Shown: piece after piece, positions 29,007 to 38,488 of the stretch
How positions within the stretch are numbered: position 1 is the first letter of the stretch
Layout: every line of letters begins with the position of its first letter
IMG/VR virus record: IMGVR_UViG_3300021426_000001
Strand: one strand, 5' to 3'
Length of the DNA: 64,000 nt
Source of the DNA: a virus
Lineage: Duplodnaviria > Caudoviricetes
Made by a program: the position numbers and the translations under genes
The notes under the pieces: model-generated
The model's database searches: none
The model's input: only the letters and a program-made list of their open reading frames with translations
Told to the model about the DNA's origin: nothing

Positions 29007-29435
29007 CTAGAGTTCTGAGATGACAGTTTTCATCTCATCGGAGTTGACGAGAGAATCCCAGTCGTCTTTGATCTCTTTCCAGTCGTTGAAGGAGTGAATT
29101 CCGTATGTGAGCATGTTGCAGATGTCGTTGAGACGCCAGTCGATGACTTTCTTGCAGTCCTCGGTAGATGCGTCGCGGAAGCTGCAAAGGAACTCGCTCG
29201 GAGTGAAGCGCTTCTTGATCTCCTTGAACTGCTTCGGGTACTTAGCCACGATAGCGTCGATCTTCTTGAAGAGGGCCTTGAGAGACTCAGACTTCTTGAT
29301 GTCTTCGTCTGAGACGCCTCTGCTGCTCTTCAGCACGCCCCACATGTAGTAGAGCGGGTTAGTGTCTTCTTCCTTCTCGAAGACTGCTGACTCGTTCAGG
29401 AGAAATTCCTGAAGATTCTTGTATTCTTTTGCCAT
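29007..29435 (-). CDS. putative internal head protein
   Basis: N-terminus MAKEYKNLQEFLLNE is CTS-like. Confidence 0.6.
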   Translation of the reverse strand: MAKEYKNLQEFLLNESAVFEKEEDTNPLYYMWGVLKSSRGVSDEDIKKSESLKALFKKIDAIVAKYPKQFKEIKKRFTPSEFLCSFRDASTEDCKKVIDWRLNDICNMLTYGIHSFNDWKEIKDDWDSLVNSDEMKTVISEL

Positions 29436-29450
29436 TCTTAGCTCCTGAAA

Positions 29451-30746
29451 TTAGAAATTGAAATAGATCGTTCCTGGCGCTTTATAGTCATCCAAGTTTC
29501 CTACGTTCATGTCTGGCGCATACTGCCATGTCTCGTGAGATCCGGATGCCCAGTAAGCGGAATTAGCGCTGACTGTCTCTGAAGCGCCCTCCCATAGAGC
29601 AGCAGACTGCTTCCAAGTGTTGTCCTCGTAAGCCCATGCAGCTGAGTTCGCGCTGACTATCATGGAAGCGCCGTTCCACAGATCTGCTGAGTCAGAGAGA
29701 TCTTGATAAGCAGAATTCCAGATGCTCGCTGAGTTGATGACTGCGCTGTAAGCTGAGTTCCAGTACTGAGCGCTGTTGATAATCACCTGGTAAGCTGAGT
29801 TCCAGTAAGCAGAGTCCGCGCTTACGATGTTTACCGTCGTGTTCCACTGGTTATAGTGGTTGTGAACTTCTTGTGTGTGCTTTTCCCAGAAAGCAGAGTT
29901 CTCTTTCACGGTCATCGAAGCGCCGTTCCAGAGATCGGCCGAGTCGTTCCAGCCGCTAACTGTAGCGGAGGTTACGTTGTAGACCCAGTCTTGCGTTCCT
30001 CTGAGCATAGCCCAGATCTTCTCAAGCTGTGGGAATACGCCTGCTGGTGCGAAACCGGAATTCTCTATGTAAGCAGAATTTACGTCGAAGAACAGATCGC
30101 CATACTTGTAGATCCAGTCATAGATCTCGTCGATGACGTTCATTCCGACCCAGTTTCTCTTAGCCGACTCTCCCCAATGTCCGCCATCGTAGAGGTCGTT
30201 TGCGGCTTTCGCCAAATCCTCTATGGTCTTTCTCATTGACGGAGAGAGACCTAGCGGAAGCTTTGCGCCATTTCCTGACAGAGAGTCGTCAGTCTGAACC
30301 TCGGTAAATGCGCTGTAAGTAGAGAGGAATGCGCTCGTAGCAGAGATGAAGTTCTGAACGTCTTGGAATGCGCCAGAGTCGTATCTCTGAGCCATGCTGT
30401 AAGCTGAGTCCCAGTAAGCTGAGTGTCCGCTAACGATCTCGGAAGCTGAGTTCCATAGATCGGCTGAGTCTTTCCAGCTCTCGTCGTGACCGTTGTTCCA
30501 AGCAGCAGAGTTAGCGCTGACAATGTCGTGGACGCCGTCCCAGCGATCCACTTCAGCAGAAGTTATGCACATGCAGGGATCTTGGTCCCCTGAGCAACAG
30601 TTCTCCCAGGGGTACACGCCGATCACTGGTTCAGTGTCGTTTCTCCACGGTCTAGGCCATGCGGGCCAGACGCCGTCTTCCCTGTGCTTAGGGTAGACTG
30701 ACGGCCAAGGTCCGCAGGGTCCATGTGGAAATTTCTTCTCGTCCAT
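29451..30746 (-). CDS. putative fibrous virion protein with Trp/Ser/Ala/Asn repeats
   Basis: Recurrent SANSAxW / DSADLWNxAS / NSAY repeats; ends in PGTIYFNF. Confidence 0.55.
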   Translation of the reverse strand: MDEKKFPHGPCGPWPSVYPKHREDGVWPAWPRPWRNDTEPVIGVYPWENCCSGDQDPCMCITSAEVDRWDGVHDIVSANSAAWNNGHDESWKDSADLWNSASEIVSGHSAYWDSAYSMAQRYDSGAFQDVQNFISATSAFLSTYSAFTEVQTDDSLSGNGAKLPLGLSPSMRKTIEDLAKAANDLYDGGHWGESAKRNWVGMNVIDEIYDWIYKYGDLFFDVNSAYIENSGFAPAGVFPQLEKIWAMLRGTQDWVYNVTSATVSGWNDSADLWNGASMTVKENSAFWEKHTQEVHNHYNQWNTTVNIVSADSAYWNSAYQVIINSAQYWNSAYSAVINSASIWNSAYQDLSDSADLWNGASMIVSANSAAWAYEDNTWKQSAALWEGASETVSANSAYWASGSHETWQYAPDMNVGNLDDYKAPGTIYFNF

Positions 30747-30767
30747 TCGTCAGCTCTCCAGCTCTAA

Positions 30768-31220
30768 TTACTTACCTGCAGTGTTTCTTGCGTTCTGGCA
30801 CTGGACGCCGAGATCGTGAATTGCAGTGCCGATCTTGATGATTCTCGGATCTGCGATCTTAGCGATGTTCTCCTTGAGCTTGTCGTAGATGTCCTTTCTG
30901 GTCGGGTAGTCACGCTCTTGAGTGAACCACTCTTCCTTCAGGTATGCGGTGAGCTCAGTCACGAGGTCCTGCTGGAAGCCGTCGAGAGCCTTCATACAGT
31001 CGTTGTCGCCAGCTGCCTTCTTGAAGTACTTCTCAATGAGCTGACCCATAGCGCTCTTTGTCTGCGGAGTGTTTGCTGGAGTCGTGTCACCAGAGATGTC
31101 TGAACCGCTGATGTTGCCCTTAGGCTCTTCTGGCATCTTGCCAGTGATCTCGTCCTCGAAGACTTCTGGATTGTAGTTAGCGTCCTCGTTTAGTTTCTGT
31201 CTGAATTGTGCGAAATCCAT
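30768..31220 (-). CDS. putative internal head protein
   Basis: Late promoter at 31251-31258; MDFAQFRQKLNE is CTS-like. Confidence 0.6.
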   Translation of the reverse strand: MDFAQFRQKLNEDANYNPEVFEDEITGKMPEEPKGNISGSDISGDTTPANTPQTKSAMGQLIEKYFKKAAGDNDCMKALDGFQQDLVTELTAYLKEEWFTQERDYPTRKDIYDKLKENIAKIADPRIIKIGTAIHDLGVQCQNARNTAGK

Positions 31221-31268
31221 AGATTTTACCTCTATTTTGATTGCTTAGTTTATTTATACTCTTTCTCT

Positions 31269-32093
31269 CTACCAGCCGTCAAATGGATCGAACGGATCCG
31301 ACTGGCGCTTCTGGTTGCATACGTGTGCTGGCTCATCGTTCGGCTGATAGCGCTGAATTCCGACGTCATCTCGCTTCACGAAGTCGTTGACAGCCAGGAT
31401 GTCGCAGGATGCTGAGACTTCTGAGGTCTTGTGCTCCATGTCGAACGACTCGGCTAGCGACGTGTAGTCAGCGATCGGCATCTTGTCGTCGTTCTGGTTC
31501 ATCACGTCCACGTCTTCGTGGTTGTTCTTCCAGATTCTCAGGGTGAAGTTGTAAGTGATCGGTGTTCCGAGGAACGCGGAGCCGTCTTTGAACTCTTTTA
31601 CGTTGATGACTTCGTAGTACTTGTCGCAGTACTTGAAGTACATTATGTCGCCGATCTTAGGCTTGTAGATCTCGTACTGGATCTTCGTGCGGTTGTAGTC
31701 ATACTGGCTAGCCTCGCTGAAGTGCGCGATTGTAGCCTGGACCTCGAAGACCTCTTCGTAGAGCATGCCCTGAAGCTGATACTGCTTCTGCAGGTTTGGA
31801 ATGTCTGGCGTGTAGATAGAGAGTCTGAATCTGCGAACTATGTTCTCTAGCGGATCCTCGCCGAGCAGACGGTCTCTCTTAGTCGAGATCTGCTTGATGT
31901 AGTAGTCGATCTCGAAGCCGTACATGTTGTAGGCCTCGGAAGTTAGGGAAGACATCAGTGCTGCTTCGTTAGCGTAGCACGAGTCCTTGTCAGTGCCGTC
32001 AAACGGAATCGGATTGTTCCAGTTCCACCCGCTGACAGAGCATCCGCCAGCGCCGAAGATTCTCTTGAACTCTGCATTGAAATCAGTCGCCAT
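31269..32093 (-). CDS. neck protein (T4 gp14-like)
   Basis: SEAYNMYGFEIDYY...LLGEDP...PKIGDIMYF...YEVINV and terminal DPF motifs. Confidence 0.85.
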   Translation of the reverse strand: MATDFNAEFKRIFGAGGCSVSGWNWNNPIPFDGTDKDSCYANEAALMSSLTSEAYNMYGFEIDYYIKQISTKRDRLLGEDPLENIVRRFRLSIYTPDIPNLQKQYQLQGMLYEEVFEVQATIAHFSEASQYDYNRTKIQYEIYKPKIGDIMYFKYCDKYYEVINVKEFKDGSAFLGTPITYNFTLRIWKNNHEDVDVMNQNDDKMPIADYTSLAESFDMEHKTSEVSASCDILAVNDFVKRDDVGIQRYQPNDEPAHVCNQKRQSDPFDPFDGW

Positions 32094-32111
32094 ACAGTAT
32101 ATATATCAGGT

Positions 32112-33431
32112 ATGAACGTATCCACAATCATCTGCACTTACATCTACCAGACTTTCGTGACTCTGAAGACTGCGCTGGAGGTCACTCAGGCAGCTGCTGA
32201 GAAGATTCTGGACCTGATCTACGGCATCGTGAAGCTCGCGCTGTTCTCGATCAGAAACATCCTGGAGCCGATAATCAGCATCATACGATCTTCGATAACG
32301 TCGCTCATGAAGTCGCTTGGAGCATTGTGGATTCGTGACTTCTCAGACTCGGAGATGTGTAAGAATCTCTACAAGTGCGAGTTCTTCCGTGACTATCTTC
32401 TCAATCCAGATTCGATTTTCTCAAAAGCCGTCAAGGGTCTCTTCGGACTAGGAGATGATTCCAGACCCATAAGAGTTCAAGCAGCTCTGCATGAGATAAC
32501 ACAGGACTTCCAGACCTTCAAGCGTCAGATCTGCTCTGGCGTCTCTCTGGACTTCACGTTCGACGCCATCACTGGTCTATTCCAGGAGTTTCTAGCGAAA
32601 GTGAACAAGTGGTGCAGATGGCTTCAGAGAAAAGTGGACGCGATCTACAAGTTCCTTAGATACTATCTCGATTTTCTCAAGAGAGCTGGCGTCTTCGAGC
32701 TGTTGAACCAGCTGAGAGCTATGTTCGACTGCATTCTTGACGAGACGGAGCTCTGCACTAGCGTCGAGAGCGCTGGATCTTACTATCGCGCATTCATCGG
32801 AAAGATGCACTTGTACTGCACGAAAGCTAACGACTGGATCATCAGGCCAGACTACGAGAACATGTGCACGGCTTTCGCGAACAATAAGATCGCAGAGCTC
32901 AGAGAGATCGGAAACACGCTGGAGAACGGACTCAGACTCTTCGTCAATCCGAGCAACGTGAGACCGACCTCTGACTGCCTCAATCTCGCTGGCCACATCA
33001 CTGGAATCGGAAAGGCGATAGTCACTGGAAAAGCTTCTCACATTCCAGTCTACAAGTACGTGAAGACGACTGCTCAGAAGCTAATAGACGCCTGGAAGGG
33101 AAGCAGCGCAAACAGAGGGCAGTACAAGTCGTTCGATCTTCTTCTCTCTGATCTTCACTTCGAGAGAGACGGCGTCTATGTCGCAGACGCTAAGCTAGAC
33201 CTCGAAGAGGATACGCTCGCAGAAGAGACTGCTATGACTCTTGACGAGAGCTCGGATCTCTCTAACATGAACAAGGGAATTCTGGTAGGTGACAACATCT
33301 ACTCAGCTTCTTATGCGCTTGAGTCATTCAAGACTGGCGCCGACGAAGACATCGTGAACTACTTCAACGAGTTCAATGTCGGCTACACTGACCTCATCAA
33401 CCTGAATGACGTCGCTAGGATGTACGCTTAA
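32112..33431 (+). CDS. hypothetical helical, Cys-containing protein
   Basis: 439-aa ORF divergent from gp14 across a TATATATA element. Confidence 0.75.
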   Translation: MNVSTIICTYIYQTFVTLKTALEVTQAAAEKILDLIYGIVKLALFSIRNILEPIISIIRSSITSLMKSLGALWIRDFSDSEMCKNLYKCEFFRDYLLNPDSIFSKAVKGLFGLGDDSRPIRVQAALHEITQDFQTFKRQICSGVSLDFTFDAITGLFQEFLAKVNKWCRWLQRKVDAIYKFLRYYLDFLKRAGVFELLNQLRAMFDCILDETELCTSVESAGSYYRAFIGKMHLYCTKANDWIIRPDYENMCTAFANNKIAELREIGNTLENGLRLFVNPSNVRPTSDCLNLAGHITGIGKAIVTGKASHIPVYKYVKTTAQKLIDAWKGSSANRGQYKSFDLLLSDLHFERDGVYVADAKLDLEEDTLAEETAMTLDESSDLSNMNKGILVGDNIYSASYALESFKTGADEDIVNYFNEFNVGYTDLINLNDVARMYA

Positions 33432-33439
33432 ACTATCTC

Positions 33440-35140
33440 CTACTCATTTTCTGAGTCATTTTCTGAGTTAGTTACTGAGTTTGTTGAACTCACTTCATCA
33501 GATCTCTCCTTGTAGAACATGATCTGAATGTTGCTGACATGATAGTTCGATAGATCTGAGCCACTCTGGCCTTTGATAGCTAGAGAGTGAAATGGCTCGT
33601 TAAAGCTGTTCCTTTTGAACTTGAAGTTCAGAGTGTTGCTGTACTGACCACGTGAGGCTGAAGGTGTGGTGTCATCGAGCGCAAGAAGATGGTCGAAGTT
33701 CAAGTTAGCAGAAGACTCATACTCACTACCATTAGCCTTCAGAAGAACGAGAGATATGGACTCGAAGTTATCATTCGGATAGCAGTTGAAAGAGCCCTCT
33801 ATCTTCGTAGTGCCTTCAGGAATGTAGATCTTCTTCAGAATAGATGTGTTAGAGCCGATGTTCAGAAGATCATCTTTGTACATCTGAAGCGTCAAGTCTT
33901 TCTCTGGAGTCGGAATCGGCTTCCACTTAGCAGCTCCGTCAGTGTCGATAGTGAAGACCTTTCCTGTGTCAGCTGGAGTACTGAAGTTCGGAGCTACAAA
34001 GAACTTCTGAGTAGCGTCATCGTTCTGAATTCTTGTACCCTGCTCAGATGTCACTACAGAGATGCCAGATTTGTCTACGACAGGAGTTTGACTTCCTTGG
34101 TTGTACTTGACCCAAGAGATCTTGCCATCTGAAGCAGCGATGTTGTCCCTAGCAGTCTTTTTCTGTGCATCTGTTAGTTTAGAAGTCTGATCATGGTCGA
34201 CTCTAACGACCTGCTCTTCTGTGACAAGATCTTGAACCTCGTCGGAAGGATTGCACCAATGAATTCCATGAGGATCAGAAACGCTGTACATGCGCATCTT
34301 TGTAGTATTGTAGCTAGAGTTGATGTTCTCTGAGAGGAAAGTTCTGACTAGTCTTCTCTTAGATGCATCTCCCGCTGAAATGCAAGTGAAGGTCATTCTG
34401 TACTTTCTTCTATTTTGAGAGTCCGTTCCCTGATTCCAGTAGCTGCTGAGATAGTATGTGTAGTTCTGAGACTCAGAGTCGCCGAGAAGGACTAGTATCT
34501 TGCTCTTCTGGTTCATCCATTGGTAACACTTCTCTGCAGTGATATAGAGATCATCGCCGTATAGCTCATCGTTGACCTCTTTCAGATAGGCGAGTTGTCT
34601 TCCCTCGTCTACATCGTATGGGCTCGTCTCGTACGAGACCTTGCACATTATCACGCGATCTTTAGCAGAACGAGTCGGTACCTTTCCAGTAGAGTAGATA
34701 TTTCCGTTTGCGTCTGCATATACATTGATGTCAGTGAGATTGATAGATTCGCTGCCCTCTACGCTAGTGAAGGTCATCCAGATGTTATTGTTTGTGCATA
34801 TGCATCTGCCAGGGAAGTACAGACGGGTGTTCATCTCTGGATCTAGACTCTCGTTGAGGATGAAATATTTTCCATCAGCGTGCCATCCAACCATCTGCTC
34901 TTTTGTGACTATGTTTCCATCAGAGTCAGCGATCCAATACTCTGGAGGATTCACTTCTTCCTGACCAGGAGCCTTCAAGTAGAGATTCACTACTTCCTTG
35001 TTCTCTCCAATAGCTTTAGCGAGTTCAATTTCATTTTTCCATAGAGGATCTATTGTGTTGTCGTTGAGCCATTTGCCGTCAGCTATCGTACTACGATCCC
35101 AGCCACTAACGTCTTCAAGGATAATATTTCCGATTTTCAT
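33440..35140 (-). CDS. putative tail fibre / receptor-binding protein
   Basis: LTDAQKKTARDNIAA and DTGKVFTIDTDGAAKW tail-fibre-type motifs; more AT-rich than its neighbours. Confidence 0.55.
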   Translation of the reverse strand: MKIGNIILEDVSGWDRSTIADGKWLNDNTIDPLWKNEIELAKAIGENKEVVNLYLKAPGQEEVNPPEYWIADSDGNIVTKEQMVGWHADGKYFILNESLDPEMNTRLYFPGRCICTNNNIWMTFTSVEGSESINLTDINVYADANGNIYSTGKVPTRSAKDRVIMCKVSYETSPYDVDEGRQLAYLKEVNDELYGDDLYITAEKCYQWMNQKSKILVLLGDSESQNYTYYLSSYWNQGTDSQNRRKYRMTFTCISAGDASKRRLVRTFLSENINSSYNTTKMRMYSVSDPHGIHWCNPSDEVQDLVTEEQVVRVDHDQTSKLTDAQKKTARDNIAASDGKISWVKYNQGSQTPVVDKSGISVVTSEQGTRIQNDDATQKFFVAPNFSTPADTGKVFTIDTDGAAKWKPIPTPEKDLTLQMYKDDLLNIGSNTSILKKIYIPEGTTKIEGSFNCYPNDNFESISLVLLKANGSEYESSANLNFDHLLALDDTTPSASRGQYSNTLNFKFKRNSFNEPFHSLAIKGQSGSDLSNYHVSNIQIMFYKERSDEVSSTNSVTNSENDSENE

Positions 35141-35192
35141 ACTCTACTCCAAATTCTTTCTTTTTATTTATGGAAGTTTTTGATTTTCTCTA

Positions 35193-35221
35193 TTTACAAA
35201 ATGATGAGAAATTCCTATATT
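35193..35221 (+). promoter_or_regulatory. early promoter TTTACA-N17-TATATT
   Basis: Conserved early motif with GTAAAACAAA at 35228. Confidence 0.85.
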
Positions 35222-35262
35222 GATAATGTAAAACAAATCAACCTCCTTCAAAGGACATCGAA

Positions 35263-35718
35263 ATGGAAATCAAGACTCTCAACGACTTTCTCACTGCTTA
35301 CACTTCTGCTGCTAAGGGCTCTGCTGAACGAGACAGCGTCGCAGAAGACATCTGGGGTGACTGGTTCTGCAATACCTCTTCTCTTCCTCGCCGCACTAAG
35401 AAGTTCATCCGTCCGTTGAAGGAGCTTGTCAAGGCAGTTCCGGAAGCAGCTCAGTTCACCCATGTCAGCGGCAAGAACTGCTGCCCGGTCAATGGTCCGA
35501 CCTACGACGCTCTCCGTCTCTTCGATCTCGAAGACAACTTCATCGTCTGGATGTGCTTCGATGATGTCCGCGAAGATCACCGCTTCGTCATCGAGGATAG
35601 GGACGGCGACGTTCACTTCGAAACCGACGATCGCGACGAAGCTATCGCAAAGTTCATCGAAGTCACTCGCAACTACCTCACGGCTAAGGGCCTCATCAAG
35701 GCTAAGGAGATCGCATAA
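35263..35718 (+). CDS. hypothetical early protein
   Basis: Early promoter and AAGGAC SD; DWFC and KNCCPVNGPTYD motifs. Confidence 0.8.
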   Translation: MEIKTLNDFLTAYTSAAKGSAERDSVAEDIWGDWFCNTSSLPRRTKKFIRPLKELVKAVPEAAQFTHVSGKNCCPVNGPTYDALRLFDLEDNFIVWMCFDDVREDHRFVIEDRDGDVHFETDDRDEAIAKFIEVTRNYLTAKGLIKAKEIA

Positions 35719-35981
35719 TGCAATCTGAAAACTTCACTATCGTCATCAACGAAAAGGGCTTACCTCCTCGTGCCGTCAGTGGCCTCTTGGCTGGTCTCAG
35801 AGATCGCCTCGGATGCCATCCGATCGTGACTGCCGAGCCGAGCAAAGACTGCTTTTACACAAAGATAGTCATGCCCGGTGAGCATGACTTCAAAGATGTA
35901 ATGGCTGCCACTACTGAGATCAACTACTGGATCGATCCAGAAAACGTGATAGAGTTCAGCTTCTTCGGAAAGAAAGCTTAG
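35718..35981 (+). CDS. hypothetical early protein
   Basis: TAATG coupling and AAGGAG SD. Confidence 0.7.
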   Translation: MQSENFTIVINEKGLPPRAVSGLLAGLRDRLGCHPIVTAEPSKDCFYTKIVMPGEHDFKDVMAATTEINYWIDPENVIEFSFFGKKA

Positions 35982-36790
35982 CCGACCAAGATCTCGTTCA
36001 CTGGCGTCTCTAGATCGATTCTCTCCTCGACTTCTTTGATGAACTCCTTGAAGTCTGCTGCGAGAGAGTCGCCGTTTAGTTGACCGCCACCAGCTAGCTG
36101 CAGCGTGTACTTTCTGAGACCGAGCGTCCAGAGCCATCCAGCCTTCGCTACGACGTACTTTCTGAACAGAGGGTCCTGAATTATGTTCTCGAACTTCTCA
36201 CGCTTATACACGCGCAATAGCGCTCTGTCTGGGTATCGCGGAGTCGGACGAACGAACAGCTCCTTGGATTCTCTGATGTACTTGACGCGGTACTTTCTTC
36301 CAAAAGTCATCTTCGCTTCTTCGAGCCAAGTCATGGTAGCGTCCCAGTTTCCGAGAATGTCGCCATAGTCAGCAGTGCCCCAGCACGTAGAGACGTACTT
36401 TCCACCTCCGTACGGGAGGAACTGGTTCACCATCATGTTGTTCACGGGCGTGAGCAGATTGTCCACGTTTCCGAGCCATGAGGCTAGCTCTAGGTCAACG
36501 ACTTCTTCAAGCTCTTGACAGATCTTGTAGTGCGTCATTCCAGGGACGAGCTGGAAGGCTAGGTAGTCTTCTCTGTGTCCCTGGCTGTAGTACTTCCAGA
36601 AGTATCTCAGCGAGTCTCCAATGACGTCCAGCAGCTGCTCCTCTGTCAACTCGACGCATATTCTAGGTGCGCCTAGCTGTCTCAGAATGTAGGCCATGAG
36701 AGCCCTGATGTTCTCCAAGTACCCGAGATCATACATCGGATCTCGGTGCTCGCAGAACTTCTCTGTTCTAGGATTGCTGTTCTCTGCCAT
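35978..36790 (-). CDS. neck protein (T4 gp13-like)
   Basis: YILRQLGAPRICVEL...LRKYTLQLAGGGQLNG motifs; CAT at 36788-36790 and TTA at 35978-35980 place it on the minus strand, so the ORF-track label + is wrong. Confidence 0.9.
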   Translation of the reverse strand: MAENSNPRTEKFCEHRDPMYDLGYLENIRALMAYILRQLGAPRICVELTEEQLLDVIGDSLRYFWKYYSQGHREDYLAFQLVPGMTHYKICQELEEVVDLELASWLGNVDNLLTPVNNMMVNQFLPYGGGKYVSTCWGTADYGDILGNWDATMTWLEEAKMTFGRKYRVKYIRESKELFVRPTPRYPDRALLRVYKREKFENIIQDPLFRKYVVAKAGWLWTLGLRKYTLQLAGGGQLNGDSLAADFKEFIKEVEERIDLETPVNEILVG

Positions 36791-36801
36791 CGATCAGCCT
36801 C

Positions 36802-37431
36802 TTATGCGGATTCCTTCTCTGGGTTCGTCTCTTGGTAAGTAGAGTATCTGATGGTCACTTCACGAGTGATCTTCTCAGAGCCCTCTTGGTCGAGCGAAGT
36901 CTGAGCTAGGTTCTTCGGCCAGCAGTAGTAGAGCGTGTAGTCGTGAGGCATACCAGCAGCGAGACGAGAGTCGAAGCAAGTGAGCTTCAGCTTAGCGCTG
37001 TAGTCCTTCATGTAGTTGGACACAGCAGCGCCAGTCTTCTGATCAAAGTATGTGCCAGCGTCACCGCCGTCTAGCTTGATGTCGTTGTTGTGGATCAGGT
37101 TGAACCATGAGTGGATCATGTGAGACGTAGTCCAGTCTTGGAACTCGTCGAACTTCAGCGTGATCTCTCCGTCAAGCTTTGTTCTGCCGGGGTACACTTT
37201 CTTGGATCCCTGCCAGTGAGTCTCAAGCTCGCCCTCGATAGATCTCTCTGGGAGAGAAGCGAGTCTGCAACGGAGCGTGAACTGTCTCGTTCCACCGAGC
37301 TGCTTGAAGAGCGTGGCAAGAGGAGTGCCCTCTTCAGGCAGAAGGACTGCCTGCCAAAGGAAGTTCTTAGCAAGGTCGGCGAATGTGTCGATCTCGCTAG
37401 TGAACACGTTCATATCATTTTCTTGTGCCAT
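36802..37431 (-). CDS. tail tube protein (T4 gp19-like)
   Basis: CRLASLP...HWQGSKKVYPGR...YCWP...EVTIRY pattern; late promoter at 37465-37472. Confidence 0.85.
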   Translation of the reverse strand: MAQENDMNVFTSEIDTFADLAKNFLWQAVLLPEEGTPLATLFKQLGGTRQFTLRCRLASLPERSIEGELETHWQGSKKVYPGRTKLDGEITLKFDEFQDWTTSHMIHSWFNLIHNNDIKLDGGDAGTYFDQKTGAAVSNYMKDYSAKLKLTCFDSRLAAGMPHDYTLYYCWPKNLAQTSLDQEGSEKITREVTIRYSTYQETNPEKESA

Positions 37432-37459
37432 GAAAATTCTCCTACATTTAACTCTTTTA

Positions 37460-38479
37460 CTAGTTATTTATACTTTTCGGACCAATAGCCGCCGAGCAAG
37501 TCACTGTGTTATGAGCTACACCAGAGAATTCTGGATTTAGATAGGTCGTCCACTCGTAGACTCTCATCTGGGTTTGGCTAGGATATCCTATCTCCCACGT
37601 AGCTACATCGATGGACTTATCTTTAAATCCGTTTGGTACACTCTCTAGCGCATACTTCGATCCAGTCTTGTCATTCACTAGAGCTGCGCTGAATCCAGAG
37701 AATTCGAAATATTCTCTTAGATTGTCTGGCATGAATCCACTCGTAATGATCTTGTAAAGAGGATCTCCGTTAGTGAACAGGAAATCTCTGTCATAGCCGT
37801 AAGCGTTGTTCTTGTACGGCTCTGCGAGATACTGACCTGTGCTAGGATCATATCCGTAGTCTACACGGCTCTCGTCGTTTGGAATGACCTTGTCTTCTCC
37901 TTCGCTCTTTATTGGAAGACACTGGAGGATGAACGGCGGAAGGATTGCACGATACTTGACTGTCGGGAACACTCCGTCGATACCTTCACGGAACTTGACC
38001 GTCACTTCAGCGTCATTGAAGCCGTAGCTACCTGCAGCAGCTCCGATGTAGATAGTCAGCTCGTACTTTCCAGTCTGCTCGTTGTACGTGAAGCCAGGAT
38101 CGTAGAAGATCAGCTCTTTGATGCCTTGTATTCCATCGCGTGTTCCCATGTTGAATGTCACGGTCTTTCTGTTGTTTCCGATGCACTCCATGACCGTCAT
38201 CTCGAACTTAGCGAGATCGTCTGCTTTTCCGAGATGACTTCCGATGTTGTCAGAGAACTCGATGACTGTCGCATCATACATTCTGGCTTTCAGAGTCGCA
38301 TTTGTGATTCCGAACTCTGGTCTCTCTCCACCTCCATGCTCTGGATCTGGGATGTAGGCTATCGTAGCGTAGCTTACATCTACATCCCTGTCGTTCGGAA
38401 GTCTTCTGTATGTGAAGCTAGCGCTATAGTCGATCTTCTCGATTGGCTCTTCTTGCTCTTCTGTCAACTCTTCATTCAT
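37460..38479 (-). CDS. hypothetical structural protein (probably baseplate)
   Basis: Lies between the gp6-like and tail tube genes. Confidence 0.6.
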   Translation of the reverse strand: MNEELTEEQEEPIEKIDYSASFTYRRLPNDRDVDVSYATIAYIPDPEHGGGERPEFGITNATLKARMYDATVIEFSDNIGSHLGKADDLAKFEMTVMECIGNNRKTVTFNMGTRDGIQGIKELIFYDPGFTYNEQTGKYELTIYIGAAAGSYGFNDAEVTVKFREGIDGVFPTVKYRAILPPFILQCLPIKSEGEDKVIPNDESRVDYGYDPSTGQYLAEPYKNNAYGYDRDFLFTNGDPLYKIITSGFMPDNLREYFEFSGFSAALVNDKTGSKYALESVPNGFKDKSIDVATWEIGYPSQTQMRVYEWTTYLNPEFSGVAHNTVTCSAAIGPKSINN

Positions 38480-38488
38480 CTTCTAAAC

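Noticed and set aside
35978-36790. Plus-strand label for the gp13-like ORF
   Set aside because: The sequence shows the start (CAT at 36788-36790) and stop on the minus strand.
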